Notes under the pieces: generated by a model
What the model was told of the DNA's origin: nothing
Seen by the model: the letters and a program-made list of their open reading frames with translations, nothing else
The model's database searches: none
DNA from: an uncultured Poribacteria bacterium
GTDB lineage: Bacteria > Poribacteria > WGA-4E > WGA-3G
Direction of reading: 5' to 3'
Assembly: GCA_958296135.2 (NCBI GenBank)
Contig: CATQHZ020000001.1
Location: 1,984,001 to 2,048,000 of the forward strand
Length of the DNA: 64,000 nt
In this document: in pieces, positions 37,409-47,241 of the stretch
Numbering within the stretch: the stretch's first letter is position 1
Layout of the letters: every line of letters begins with the position of its first letter
Program-made: the position numbers and the translations under genes

Positions 37409-38584
37409 TCAGCGCGCCTCCACCGTAGCGTTTTCTATCCACGCCTCATCGATTTCCATGCCGAAACCGGGGGCATCAGATGGCGCAACGTAGCCGTCTT
37501 TGATGACGGAAGTGCCGGGGAGTTTCACCATCTCTTCTAACGGGACACCGGGTGCCGAAACGCCTTCCGACCGTTCGCCCCACGTAATCGCTGGCATGGC
37601 CAAGGCGAGATGCTGTCCGTAGGGATAATTCATACCGCCGTGCGTAATCACAGAGATGCCGTTCGCCTCGGCGATGTGACAAATTTTGACCGCGGCGGTG
37701 ATGCCGCCGCACCATAAAATATCGGGTTGGAAAATGTCAACGAGTCGCCTGCCTGCCGCTGCTGCGAAGACTGTAGGCAGATACCAATGTTCTCCCGTCG
37801 CAAGCGTCTGCCACGGAATGCGCTGTCGGATCGTCTCATAACCGACAAAGTCATCAGCAGGAATGTAGTCCTCAAGCCATTTCAATCCGTAGGGTTTCAT
37901 AGTCTCGGCGACACGCACGGTGTGTTCCACGTCAAAGCCGGTCCAAGCATCCAACATGAGTTCAACATCCGGTCCGATTGTTTCCCGCGTGCTCGAAACC
38001 AGGTCTTCAAGTTTTCTCAGTCCGGTGAGCCCTTGCTCGGGGCCCCAGGGCGTGAAGAGTTTTGTCGCCTTGAATCCGAGCTCCATATACCACTCCTGAT
38101 CGAAGCCGGAGGCGTAGCAGAAAATCTGCTCCTTTTGCGGCCCGCCGAGCAGTTCATAAACCGGCCTGCCGAGCAGTTTGCCCTTGAGATCCCAGAGTGC
38201 GCAATCGACAGCACTGATGGCATAACTGGTGAGTCCGGTAGCACCGAAGGCGGTTGACAAGCGCACCATCATATCCCACAACTTCTCTGTCGCCATGCAA
38301 TTTTGCCCGATGAGATGTGGTGCAAAGTGCTCTGCGATGATGCGGGTTACGGGTGCGCCGTAAAGCGAAATTCCAAATCCCCACGTCCCGTCTTCGGCTG
38401 TCACAATGCAGGCAGGCCGTTTCCATTCAGACGAAGAAACGTGACGCTGCCCGCCATCAAGCGTCTGATAGCGAGAAACAGGACGATTGAGTTGAAACGT
38501 CCCTGCGCGGCTCGGCGTGCGCGGCCGTGTCTTTGGTTGCGGATTTAACGTGATTTCTATGGCGCGAATGTCTCTGATTTTCAT
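37409..38584 (-). CDS. Enolase-superfamily acid-sugar dehydratase (L-rhamnonate dehydratase-like)
   Basis: SAVDCALWDL, LMLDAW, WLED, GEH, QPD, PGFG. Confidence 0.85.
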   Translation of the reverse strand: MKIRDIRAIEITLNPQPKTRPRTPSRAGTFQLNRPVSRYQTLDGGQRHVSSSEWKRPACIVTAEDGTWGFGISLYGAPVTRIIAEHFAPHLIGQNCMATEKLWDMMVRLSTAFGATGLTSYAISAVDCALWDLKGKLLGRPVYELLGGPQKEQIFCYASGFDQEWYMELGFKATKLFTPWGPEQGLTGLRKLEDLVSSTRETIGPDVELMLDAWTGFDVEHTVRVAETMKPYGLKWLEDYIPADDFVGYETIRQRIPWQTLATGEHWYLPTVFAAAAGRRLVDIFQPDILWCGGITAAVKICHIAEANGISVITHGGMNYPYGQHLALAMPAITWGERSEGVSAPGVPLEEMVKLPGTSVIKDGYVAPSDAPGFGMEIDEAWIENATVEAR

Positions 38585-38794
38585 GGAGCCTCCCCGTAGA
38601 TAATCCTGAATTTTCGGATGAAAGCCATTGATATGCCTCTTATCTGGTATTATTATACATTAGTTTCGCAATTGATGTCAAAAAATCCACTTTTCCAGCA
38701 GAACCATCGGAGCTCACCGGGATTGGGCACGCTCATTGAGGTAAAGATCCGGCAATCTTTACCTACGAAGGGGCGAGAGAATTTGAAAACTAAC

Positions 38795-38823
38795 TTGACA
38801 TTTGCGCACGATTTGTGTAAAAT
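38795..38823 (+). promoter_or_regulatory. sigma70-type promoter
   Basis: TTGACA-17-TAAAAT. A divergent TTGACA-18-TATAAT lies on the minus strand at 38652-38681. Confidence 0.6.
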
Positions 38824-38856
38824 GAACCTCAGAACCTCAACATCAGACATCAAACT

Positions 38857-40158
38857 ATGAAATCCACCGAAACCATCTTCTCCGCCGCATGGAAAACGCG
38901 CGCCAAAACCCGACACTCCGTTGCCGGCATCTGCACGTGGCACATTAATCTGAACCCACGCGCCATGCCCGCGATGGGATTTGCCAGTAGGCGCGACCTC
39001 CCGGTCTCGACTCCCACCAGTAGGAGAGACCTCCCGGTCTCGACTCCTTCAAATGCTTCACCCCAGTCGGGCGAGCGTGACGAACAGGCCCCCGCGCTAC
39101 ATGCCGCAAGTTCGTTACGCCATGTCGATTGGCGCGGCCCCTTTGCAACGCAAGCCGGCGCGCTCGTAGTAGAAATTACCACCGACAAAGGTTTGAAAGG
39201 CTACGGACTCGGCGGCGGCGGGCTCGCCGGTGCAATGATTATTGAGAGACATCTCCAACACTTCGTCCACGGCCGCGACCCGCTTGATGTGGAGGCTATC
39301 TGGGAACACCTGTATCATATCAGTTCTATTTATGGGCGGCGCGGCTTGGTTATTTACGCGCTCAGCGGCATAGAATTGGCTCTCGTCGATCTGTGTGGGA
39401 AGATCCTTGACGTGCCAGTCTACAGCCTTTTCACCGATACCCCTTGCCTTGAAACTCCCGCTTATGCCACCGGCCCCGATGTCGGTTACTACGCAGAAAA
39501 CGGCTTCGCCGCGTGCAAGTTGCCGCTCCGAAACGGGCTCGCTGAAGGCGAAGATGGCTTCGCAGAGAACGTAACGCAAATCTTCGCCGCGCGCGATGCC
39601 ATCGGCCCCAATGTGGAATTGATGGCAGACATCTATCTCCGATGGGATGTAGACTACACGCTTCGGTTTGCCGATGCAACTGCCGATGCGCAACTCAAAT
39701 GGATTGAGGAACCGATTCCGCTTGACGACTACGCCGGCATGGCGCAGTTGGTGCGCGAGGTGCAACCGACATGGATTGTCTCCGGTGAGCATGAATTCAC
39801 GCGCTACGGATTTCGCGAATTGCTGCGCTGGAAGGCGGCGGACATGATTCAGCCCGATGTCAGTTGGGCGGGTGGTTTCACCGAGTGCCTTCGTATTGCG
39901 CGTGAGGCGGCGGAACTCGGCATTCCGACGTGGCCCCATCAAGCCGGCACGCCGTGGGGGTTGCACCTGACCGCGTGCCTGCCGATGTCGTGCATGGCGG
40001 AGACATTCGGGCCTTCCCGCGAAGGCGTTGAGAATGAGTTGTATCGTCGATTGCGGCCCGTCCCGCGCGATGGGTTTTTCACGTTGGATGCGAAACCGGG
40101 GTTTGGGGTGGAGATTGATGAGGGGTTGCTGGAGGCGTATACGGTGGATAGGTTGTAA
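38857..40158 (+). CDS. Mandelate racemase/enolase superfamily dehydratase with REP-derived insert
   Basis: VEITTDKGLKGYG, LMAD, WIEEP, GEHE, QPD, PGFGVE. Confidence 0.85.
   Translation: MKSTETIFSAAWKTRAKTRHSVAGICTWHINLNPRAMPAMGFASRRDLPVSTPTSRRDLPVSTPSNASPQSGERDEQAPALHAASSLRHVDWRGPFATQAGALVVEITTDKGLKGYGLGGGGLAGAMIIERHLQHFVHGRDPLDVEAIWEHLYHISSIYGRRGLVIYALSGIELALVDLCGKILDVPVYSLFTDTPCLETPAYATGPDVGYYAENGFAACKLPLRNGLAEGEDGFAENVTQIFAARDAIGPNVELMADIYLRWDVDYTLRFADATADAQLKWIEEPIPLDDYAGMAQLVREVQPTWIVSGEHEFTRYGFRELLRWKAADMIQPDVSWAGGFTECLRIAREAAELGIPTWPHQAGTPWGLHLTACLPMSCMAETFGPSREGVENELYRRLRPVPRDGFFTLDAKPGFGVEIDEGLLEAYTVDRL
38984..39047. repeat. 2 x 33-bp REP units inside the enolase ORF
   Basis: GTAGG(C/A)G(C/A)GACCTCCCGGTCTCGACTCC at 38987 and 39020; encodes SRRDLPVSTP twice. 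Confidence 0.85.
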
Positions 40159-40246
40159 CGGTGCAATCGAAAAACCACACAATACAATTGAGTCACTTTC
40201 AATTTCTCGCGTGCAATATTATCCGCACAAATTTGCAAAGACAGAA

Positions 40247-40279
40247 AAACCCCGCCGTGGGATTTCCGCGGCGGGGTTT
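40247..40279. terminator. Intrinsic terminator between convergent genes
   Basis: AAACCCCGCCG...CGGCGGGGTTT hairpin. Confidence 0.7.
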
Positions 40280-40358
40280 AGGTACTTGTTCTCGCGAGAT
40301 TCCGATTAGTCTCCTCGTTGTTTCCGGAGGAGTTGCTCAACCTCTCTGGCAAACACCT

Positions 40359-41000
40359 TCAGGGTTTCCTACCGGGTGAGGGAATTGTCTTGTATTGCTC
40401 TCTTCTTCTGAGACGTTCCAACGCCCGTTTGTTTCCTTCACTTGGATCCAAGACGATGGCTGCCTTGAGTAACGCCGCCTGTTGGCTCGCGGACATGACG
40501 TATATGGCCCCTACCTCCATCGGTTGTCCCACCAGCACATTCGTGGGGTTCGACAGAATCCGCTGGAGCGTATCTCTTGCTATCTCCTGTTTTTCGTACT
40601 CTTCGCGTGTAATCCCCTGTGATTCTAGGAATTCTTCAAAAGAATTGTTGACATCATCGTGTTGAGGTCCTGTCGTTTCAGCGAGCTCTCCCTCAAACAA
40701 CTCTATCATTTCTTCTACTGTGAATTCCTGAACATTCTCGTCCGGCACCTCGGCCCCTTCCGTTTGTTCGCCCACCGCGGTGGTGTTTTCAACGATGGGG
40801 ACCCATGGGCCAGGCACCGCAGTTGCTGAGTCAGGTTCCTCAGGCACTGCGGATGCACCTACGGCATCAACAGGTTGCGTAACGATGATGGGCGGTTTCG
40901 GGAGGCTATCCACAAAGCGTCTTTTCTCGTGCTCTAGGAACAGCGTCCAAACCGTGCCCAAAACGATTAAAACGACGAAAGTGACAATGACTTTTTTCAT
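40359..41000 (-). CDS. Hypothetical membrane-anchored protein
   Basis: AGGAGG RBS; N-terminal TM segment; Pro/Glu-rich linker. Confidence 0.6.
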   Translation of the reverse strand: MKKVIVTFVVLIVLGTVWTLFLEHEKRRFVDSLPKPPIIVTQPVDAVGASAVPEEPDSATAVPGPWVPIVENTTAVGEQTEGAEVPDENVQEFTVEEMIELFEGELAETTGPQHDDVNNSFEEFLESQGITREEYEKQEIARDTLQRILSNPTNVLVGQPMEVGAIYVMSASQQAALLKAAIVLDPSEGNKRALERLRRREQYKTIPSPGRKP

Positions 41001-41078
41001 CCGAATCCTCCTTATTGTAAAGGCACGAGACAGACAGCGTAAAAATGCTGCCTGTCCCGGCATTATAGGGAAACGTTC

Positions 41079-41393
41079 TCAGGACGAGCTGCTACTACAT
41101 GAACTGCACGTACCTGAGGCTACTACGCTGACTACGACACCGACAACATTACTGGCACTTAGATGGGATTCGCCATCCGCGTGCGTTATCGTTATCGTTT
41201 TTGTACCAACAACTCTGTATGCTGTTGCGGTTCCACACGATGAACACACCCGTAATTCTAACGCGTCAACAGTCAGAGTATACGAATGCGAGTCACCATG
41301 GGCATCAACCGTCTGAACGAATGGTGCTGCCATCATGAAACTGAACAGCATCATGATAGCAATTGCACATAAACCAAGAAGTGAAAACTTCAT
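41079..41393 (-). CDS. Small secreted protein with two CxxC motifs
   Basis: AAGGAG RBS; signal peptide ending VDA; CSSC ... CSSC. Confidence 0.55.
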   Translation of the reverse strand: MKFSLLGLCAIAIMMLFSFMMAAPFVQTVDAHGDSHSYTLTVDALELRVCSSCGTATAYRVVGTKTITITHADGESHLSASNVVGVVVSVVASGTCSSCSSSSS

Positions 41394-41828
41394 CAGTCTT
41401 CTCCTTTTTGACTCCCCATAAAGGGAGCCGGAATTCATTGATGATAGAGAAAAATCAACTTGCGCAATCCAGTCTGAATCTGCATGCCCCTTTCTCGCTG
41501 ATGCAAGACATTTCGGTAGGGATGTTGGTGCTCGCGTTTCCCGGTTCAAGCACCGCCGCCTGCTGCCTTTCAACCCGTTTCACAGAGAAGCGGATTGCCC
41601 TCCATGCGTCGCACCCCTGTCTGAAGCGGTTTGCAATCGGCAGGCGATGAGACAGGCTCTCTCGCGCCGCTGCTGTCGCAACATTGACTCTTCTCCTCTC
41701 AATGTGCAGGAGACGTGTCTAATGATAACACATCCACTGCATGAAATCAACAATTAAACAACAATAAGGGTATCTACCTGTTTTCATGCCAAAAGCGGCA
41801 GATACCTTGTAGCGGACTGAAGTGGAGG

Positions 41829-42410
41829 CTAGGACTGCTTCTCCGGCGGCGATAAGTCACGGAGTGCCTCGGCAAGCCGCTGTCTTATCTTCCTCTTCCG
41901 CGACTTTACCGTGTTCTCGGGAATGCCCAGCATCTCCCCTATCTCCGCCGACGTGTACTCCGCCCACAACTTAGCCACGGCTACATACTTGGGACCCAGC
42001 TCCTTAAGAATCTCTAGCAATGCCGCCGCTCGAGGATCGCTCGGGAGCCCTCGGCGCGCTTCCCAGTCCACCGCTGCCCGACGCAGGTCTGCGGCGACTT
42101 CCAACGTCTGCTGTCGTCTTTGGATGGCGCGCCCGAAATCGGCGCACTTGTTACGCGCCACCTGCTTGAGCCATTTATCCACCTCGCGGATAGCGGTGGG
42201 GGCTTCGCGCGCCTGCTTCACAAAAGCATAGCAGATGTCCCCAAAGACATCGTTGACATCGTCGGGGTTGGTGATGCCTTTGTGGGTGATAATGGCGCGG
42301 AGGAGCCGCTCATATTTTAGCATGAGCGCATCGATAGCATCATCATCGCCGTTCTGGATTTGCGCCAGCAGTTCTGCGTCTGAGAGTTCAATAAGGTTTT
42401 GAGTCGCCAT
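41829..42410 (-). CDS. ECF-type RNA polymerase sigma factor
   Basis: SDAELLAQIQNGD, WLKQVARNKCAD (region 2), EIGEMLGIPENTVKSR (region 4). Confidence 0.85.
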   Translation of the reverse strand: MATQNLIELSDAELLAQIQNGDDDAIDALMLKYERLLRAIITHKGITNPDDVNDVFGDICYAFVKQAREAPTAIREVDKWLKQVARNKCADFGRAIQRRQQTLEVAADLRRAAVDWEARRGLPSDPRAAALLEILKELGPKYVAVAKLWAEYTSAEIGEMLGIPENTVKSRKRKIRQRLAEALRDLSPPEKQS

Positions 42411-42473
42411 TTGATTCACAAGACATAGGGAACACCCGAAAGCACTGGAATTCCCTCTCCTGTGTGAAAACCA

Positions 42474-42971
42474 TTAACGAGCCGGCACAACGCTGCAATC
42501 GTAGAGCCAGACGCTGATAGACCACACCGATTCAATCTTTCCTTCAAGCGTCACTGTGTTACCGAGCATGCGGTTCAGTTGCCCTGCCGTGAATTCGGTG
42601 TTGAGTTCGCACCTCACGGTTTTATCGTCAACGGTTATCTCAACGTTATCAGCGGCAATCAGCTCGTAATTCGTCACATCGGTTACCCGGCCTGTCACTC
42701 GTGCAGTCCGGTTGAGATACTTCTGCCGCGCCTGATTTTTATCACGGCGGGCATCCGAAAAGATGGACAAGGATGACGCGTTGATGAGCAGGACCCTGTC
42801 GGGTGCTGTTCGCGTGATACGGCATGAATCAACGACATATTCATCGCCGAACGTCATCGCGTCAAGTTCAACAGTTTCGCCGGGGTTCATTGTCGTCACG
42901 GTGTCCCAGCAGCCGGTGGTGAATGCGACTGCGAGCAGTAGCATTCCTGTCAACATAAATTTCATAAGCAT
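42474..42971 (-). CDS. OB-fold (tRNA_anti-like) lipoprotein
   Basis: Lipobox-like TTGC; ARQKYLNRTARVTGRV, GNTVTLEGKI. Confidence 0.65.
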   Translation of the reverse strand: MLMKFMLTGMLLLAVAFTTGCWDTVTTMNPGETVELDAMTFGDEYVVDSCRITRTAPDRVLLINASSLSIFSDARRDKNQARQKYLNRTARVTGRVTDVTNYELIAADNVEITVDDKTVRCELNTEFTAGQLNRMLGNTVTLEGKIESVWSISVWLYDCSVVPAR

Positions 42972-43197
42972 TCTCCTTTGTTATGTCGGGATATACCCTA
43001 CACTGGGGGTGAAGCATCCCTGCGCGGCTTCAGTGCAAGAGCCCCTCCTTCGGGGTGCGCTGCCGCAGCCGAGATAGTCCCGATTTCAATTTAACACCTC
43101 TTCAAACGAAACAACCAGACTGCGCAGCGAGCCGAAGTGCGCGCGGCGGCTGCCCTTTCTGTGGAACCAGTTCACAGCGTGCCTCGGCAAGCCGCAG

Positions 43198-43250
43198 CTG
43201 CGCCAGCAATATTTCGTCCGAGAGTTCAATGAGGTTTTGAGTTGCCCTTT
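43198..43250 (-). pseudogene. Decayed copy of the ECF sigma 5' end
   Basis: Reads ATQNLIELSDEILLAQ versus MATQNLIELSDAELLAQ at 42410; the ATG is replaced by AGG. Confidence 0.65.
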
Positions 43251-43258
43251 AATTAACC

Positions 43259-43398
43259 AGACGTAGAAAAAACACAAAACGGTCACGAATTTTGAAAAAA
43301 AAGACTTTTTTTTCGGAAAAATCGACATTTTTGCAAAAATTGCGAAAAATGTCTAAATCTCTATGTTACAAGACGTGGAAAAAGGCAAAAACGGTCAC
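43259..43398 (-). promoter_or_regulatory. Two tandem ECF-type promoter motifs
   Basis: GTGACC-17 nt-CGTCT at 43286-43259 and 43398-43371, both with T-rich spacers. Confidence 0.6.
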
Positions 43399-43751
43399 TC
43401 GGGGTAAAAAAACGCGCTTTTTATGGTTCTCATTAAACCTGCAATTTGCCAAAAACATGTCTTCCAGAGCCCTTAAGGGCCGCTAGTCCTTAATTCAAAC
43501 GGAAGGCACGCGGGGCAGAAACTATAGACATTCAGATCCCAGCGGCCCTAAGGCGGCGTTTTTCGTCTAAATCCTGATTCAGAACAACAATAAGACAAAT
43601 AGCACGGCGAGGGACAGGTTTCCCCATCCTACGGTAGTGAGGCGCGTTCTTCAGTTTTCAAGGAAGGTTTAAACATGCAAAAATTTGCAAAATCTGGTAT
43701 CATATTCCTAATTTCCAAAATACTCACCAAAGGTTACAAGTTTGGCATACC

Positions 43752-45953
43752 ATGGATGACTTTTGTAGATACCTCACGTTTTTAATTCTTCTTTGCATCG
43801 GGAGTGGCACCGTCGGCGCGGCGGCGGAACGCAAAGTGACAGCATACCGAACCTATCAAAGCGTCGAAATCGACGGCGACCTGACGGAAGCAGATTGGCA
43901 GCACGCGATGCCGATTCGGCAATTCACGCAATTTGAACCCGATGAAGGCGCGCCGATGACTGAACCGACAGAGGTGCGAGTGCTTTATGATGCGAAACAC
44001 CTCTATTTTGGGTTCCTCTGCAGCGAATCGGAACCTGCGAAAATTATCGCGAATAAGATGCGCCGCGATACGATGCTGTGGGATAACGACAATGTCTTCG
44101 TCTTGTTGGATACCTACAACGACCGGCGCAGCGGGTTCTTCTTCCGGGTCAACCCGCTCGGTGCGCGCGAAGATGTGGCAATCATGGATAGCGGCGACAG
44201 CCGAAACGAAAACTGGAACGCTATCTGGGATGCCAAGACGAAAATGAACGCCACGAATTGGACAGCAGAAATCGCGATTCCGATCAGCCAGCTTCGGTTT
44301 AAGAGAGGAGAGACGCTGGAATGGGGACTTAATGTCGGCCGCACCATTCAAAAAAATCAGGAGGAGGGAACCTGGGCACCCGTGCCAGCGGCATATAATT
44401 GGCAGGCGCGCTATCGCACAACTAGCCTCGGCACGCTAACGGGACTCTCAGGAATTTCAACCCGGCGAAACATTGAGTTCCTCCCCTATCTGCTGCCTGG
44501 GGTGAGACGCACAGATACCGATGGTACAGACAGCGTGCTAGATCTGGGGGCGGACGCGAAAATTAGCCTCACCTCTAATCTCACGGGAGATCTCACCGTC
44601 AACACCGATTTCGCGCAAGTTGAAGCAGACCAGGAGCAGGCGAACTTAACGCGGTTTAGCCTCTTTTTCCCTGAAAAACGCCAGTTTTTCTTGGAAGGTG
44701 CAGGCATCTTTGATTTCGGGATTCCGCGCACTAGTTTCAACGCGCCGCCCCCGCTGCTGCTCTTCTACAGCCGCCGCATCGGCATCGCGGAAGCGCACGC
44801 TGTTCCTATCCTCGCAGGTGGAAAAGTTACCGGTAAAGTCGGCAACTACGGCGTTGGGTTGCTGAACGTCCTCACGGATAAATATGCCGCGGCGGCGACA
44901 GACGATGTGGATGCAGTGGACGTTCCGCGCACTAACTATTCCGTGCTACGAGTGAAACGCGACCTTTTTACCGGGTCAAACCTCGGCGTGATTGCGATTC
45001 ATAAGGGCGGTGCTGACATCCAGAATAGCGCGACCGGCGTTGATTTCGTCTATCGGCCTACGGATAAGATGAATTTTCGGGGGCTTTGGGCGCGCACGTT
45101 TGAAAGCACAGACCCGGCTGCTGGACACGCGGCTGTCCGGCCGAACGCGTGGTATTTCGGCGGGAATTGGCAAAGCACCGTGGCGCGATTGAACGCCTCC
45201 TATACCGACATCGGCGCGGATTTTAACCCGGAAGTCGGCTATGTGCAACGCGCAGGGGCCCGCTGGCTTCGTGCGGAGGCGCGAGGCACGCCTTACCTCC
45301 ATTGGCATGGGCTTCGTCGGCTGTGGATTGGCCCGGAGATGGATGTTATCCTCAATTCAGATAATCAGTTGGAAACGCGGACGTTCATCTGGAGCACATG
45401 GCTGGAATTGGAACGGGGCGGCTGGGGTGGTGTCCGCATCCGCAGAGAATTTGAATTCCTTGACGAAGATTTTGAGATCCGAGACGGCGTTATCATCCCG
45501 CCGGGCGAATATCACTATACCAACTACAGCGTCACGCTGAATGCGGAAGGAAACCAAAAATTTACCGGACGACTGTCGCTGAACTTCGGCGATTTCTACG
45601 ATGGTACGCGCCGTGGTTTCGATCTTCGAGTTGACTTCCGTCCAACGGGACGTTTCAGTCTTGAGCCACGCTACGAATTTAACCGCATCATGCTGCAGCA
45701 AGGCACGTTTAGTACGAACATCTTCGGCGGACGCATGGTCTACTCGTTTTCTACAGACCTGTTCGCGAAACTCTATCTGCAGTGGAACAGCGACAGAGAA
45801 CTGGTGACAGCGAATTTCTTGATCAACTATATCTATCGGCCCGGCAGCGATTTCTACTTCGTTTTCAACCAGACTTACGGTACGGAGAGTCTGTCAAGCG
45901 GCTTGCGAGATACGACGCTTGTCGCGAAGGTGACGTATTGGTGGAATCCGTAG
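43752..45953 (+). CDS. CBM9-like plus DUF5916 protein (probable outer-membrane beta-barrel)
   Basis: Signal peptide; IDGDLTEADW; NTDFAQVEAD, FFPEKRQFFLEG, FYSRRIG; C-terminal KVTYWW. Confidence 0.82.
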   Translation: MDDFCRYLTFLILLCIGSGTVGAAAERKVTAYRTYQSVEIDGDLTEADWQHAMPIRQFTQFEPDEGAPMTEPTEVRVLYDAKHLYFGFLCSESEPAKIIANKMRRDTMLWDNDNVFVLLDTYNDRRSGFFFRVNPLGAREDVAIMDSGDSRNENWNAIWDAKTKMNATNWTAEIAIPISQLRFKRGETLEWGLNVGRTIQKNQEEGTWAPVPAAYNWQARYRTTSLGTLTGLSGISTRRNIEFLPYLLPGVRRTDTDGTDSVLDLGADAKISLTSNLTGDLTVNTDFAQVEADQEQANLTRFSLFFPEKRQFFLEGAGIFDFGIPRTSFNAPPPLLLFYSRRIGIAEAHAVPILAGGKVTGKVGNYGVGLLNVLTDKYAAAATDDVDAVDVPRTNYSVLRVKRDLFTGSNLGVIAIHKGGADIQNSATGVDFVYRPTDKMNFRGLWARTFESTDPAAGHAAVRPNAWYFGGNWQSTVARLNASYTDIGADFNPEVGYVQRAGARWLRAEARGTPYLHWHGLRRLWIGPEMDVILNSDNQLETRTFIWSTWLELERGGWGGVRIRREFEFLDEDFEIRDGVIIPPGEYHYTNYSVTLNAEGNQKFTGRLSLNFGDFYDGTRRGFDLRVDFRPTGRFSLEPRYEFNRIMLQQGTFSTNIFGGRMVYSFSTDLFAKLYLQWNSDRELVTANFLINYIYRPGSDFYFVFNQTYGTESLSSGLRDTTLVAKVTYWWNP

Positions 45954-46028
45954 AAGCCCGGCGGATAATCGTCTGGCGAGGGAAACCTGTCCCTCGCCAC
46001 GCTTGTGGGAAAGGCAAAGAGAGCACCC

Positions 46029-47147
46029 ATGAAAATTATTGAAGTCCAAACATATCTCGTTGACGTGCCGCCGCCGCATTGGGGTGGCAGACGCTGGATT
46101 TTTGTCAAACTTATCACCGACGAAGGTATTGAAGGCGCAGGCGAATGCACCTACCACACGCAACTCAATCACGTCGTCGTTGAATTAATCAAGGATTGGG
46201 GAGAACGCTTCCTCATCGGCGCGGATCCGTTCCGGATCGAAAAGATCTGGCATACACTCTATGAGGGCCCCGCGGTGCGGCACTCCGGCCCGCTGACTAC
46301 GCCTGCGATGAGCGCGATTGAGATGGCGTGCTGGGACATCGTCGGCAAGGCATTGAATCAGCCGATTTACAATCTGCTCGGCGGCATGTTCCATGAAAAA
46401 CTGCGCGCGTATTCCTACCTTTTGCAATGGCGGCGCGGCGATTCGCCCGAAAAGACTGCCGAACTCGCGCTCTCTTACGTAGAAAAGGGGTTCACCGCCG
46501 TGAAATTCGACCCGGTGGATCCGCGCGCCGTGGATAGACTGGAGACGCTGAACTACGCCGAGAGCGTCATTCGTGCCATCCGCGATGCTGTCGGGGATAG
46601 GTGCGATATCCTCATCGGGACGCACGGGCAGTTCAACACAAACAGTGCCATCCGTTTTGCCAAACGCGTCGAACCCTACGAACCACTCTGGTTTGAGGAA
46701 CCGGTGCCGCCGGAGAATATCAAGGAGATGGCGCGCGTCGCGCAGTCTACCAGCATCCCGATAGCCACCGGCGAACGGTTGCTCACGAAGTATGAATTCG
46801 TCGAGCTGCTGGAGCAACAGGCTGCCTCCATTTTGCAGATGGATCTGACGATAACGGGCGGCATCCTTGAGGCGAAGAAAATCGCGGCGATGGGTGAGGC
46901 ACACTATGCGCAGATCGCACCGCATCTCTACGGCGGCCCCATCGGTGGCGCGGCGAATATCCAATTGGATGTCTGTAGCCCCAATTTCCTGATTCAGGAA
47001 GGCATCCATAAATGGGACGGCTTCCACGCCGACATTCTGAAGGAGCCGCTCCAGTGGGAAGATGGGTATATCATTCCCTCGACGAAGCCGGGCCTCGGCG
47101 TTGAGTTGAACGATGCAGTTTTGCGGAAGCATGCCATCGCCGTGTGA
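46029..47147 (+). CDS. Mandelate racemase/galactonate dehydratase-like enzyme
   Basis: SAIEMACWDIVGK, KFD, GTHGQF, WFEEP, GERL, PGLGVE. Confidence 0.88.
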   Translation: MKIIEVQTYLVDVPPPHWGGRRWIFVKLITDEGIEGAGECTYHTQLNHVVVELIKDWGERFLIGADPFRIEKIWHTLYEGPAVRHSGPLTTPAMSAIEMACWDIVGKALNQPIYNLLGGMFHEKLRAYSYLLQWRRGDSPEKTAELALSYVEKGFTAVKFDPVDPRAVDRLETLNYAESVIRAIRDAVGDRCDILIGTHGQFNTNSAIRFAKRVEPYEPLWFEEPVPPENIKEMARVAQSTSIPIATGERLLTKYEFVELLEQQAASILQMDLTITGGILEAKKIAAMGEAHYAQIAPHLYGGPIGGAANIQLDVCSPNFLIQEGIHKWDGFHADILKEPLQWEDGYIIPSTKPGLGVELNDAVLRKHAIAV

Positions 47148-47241
47148 ACCCAATGCCAACCAAATAGACGCGGTTTGTAACCGCGCAGGTTTCTTAAAAA
47201 ACGCGCCTACCGACAGAAATATGGCATTTGCATCCGTGCTG

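Noticed and set aside
42985-43083. Multi-hairpin stretch upstream of the OB-fold lipoprotein gene
   Set aside because: It is single copy, matches no RNA family I recognise, and GC-rich pairing could be chance.
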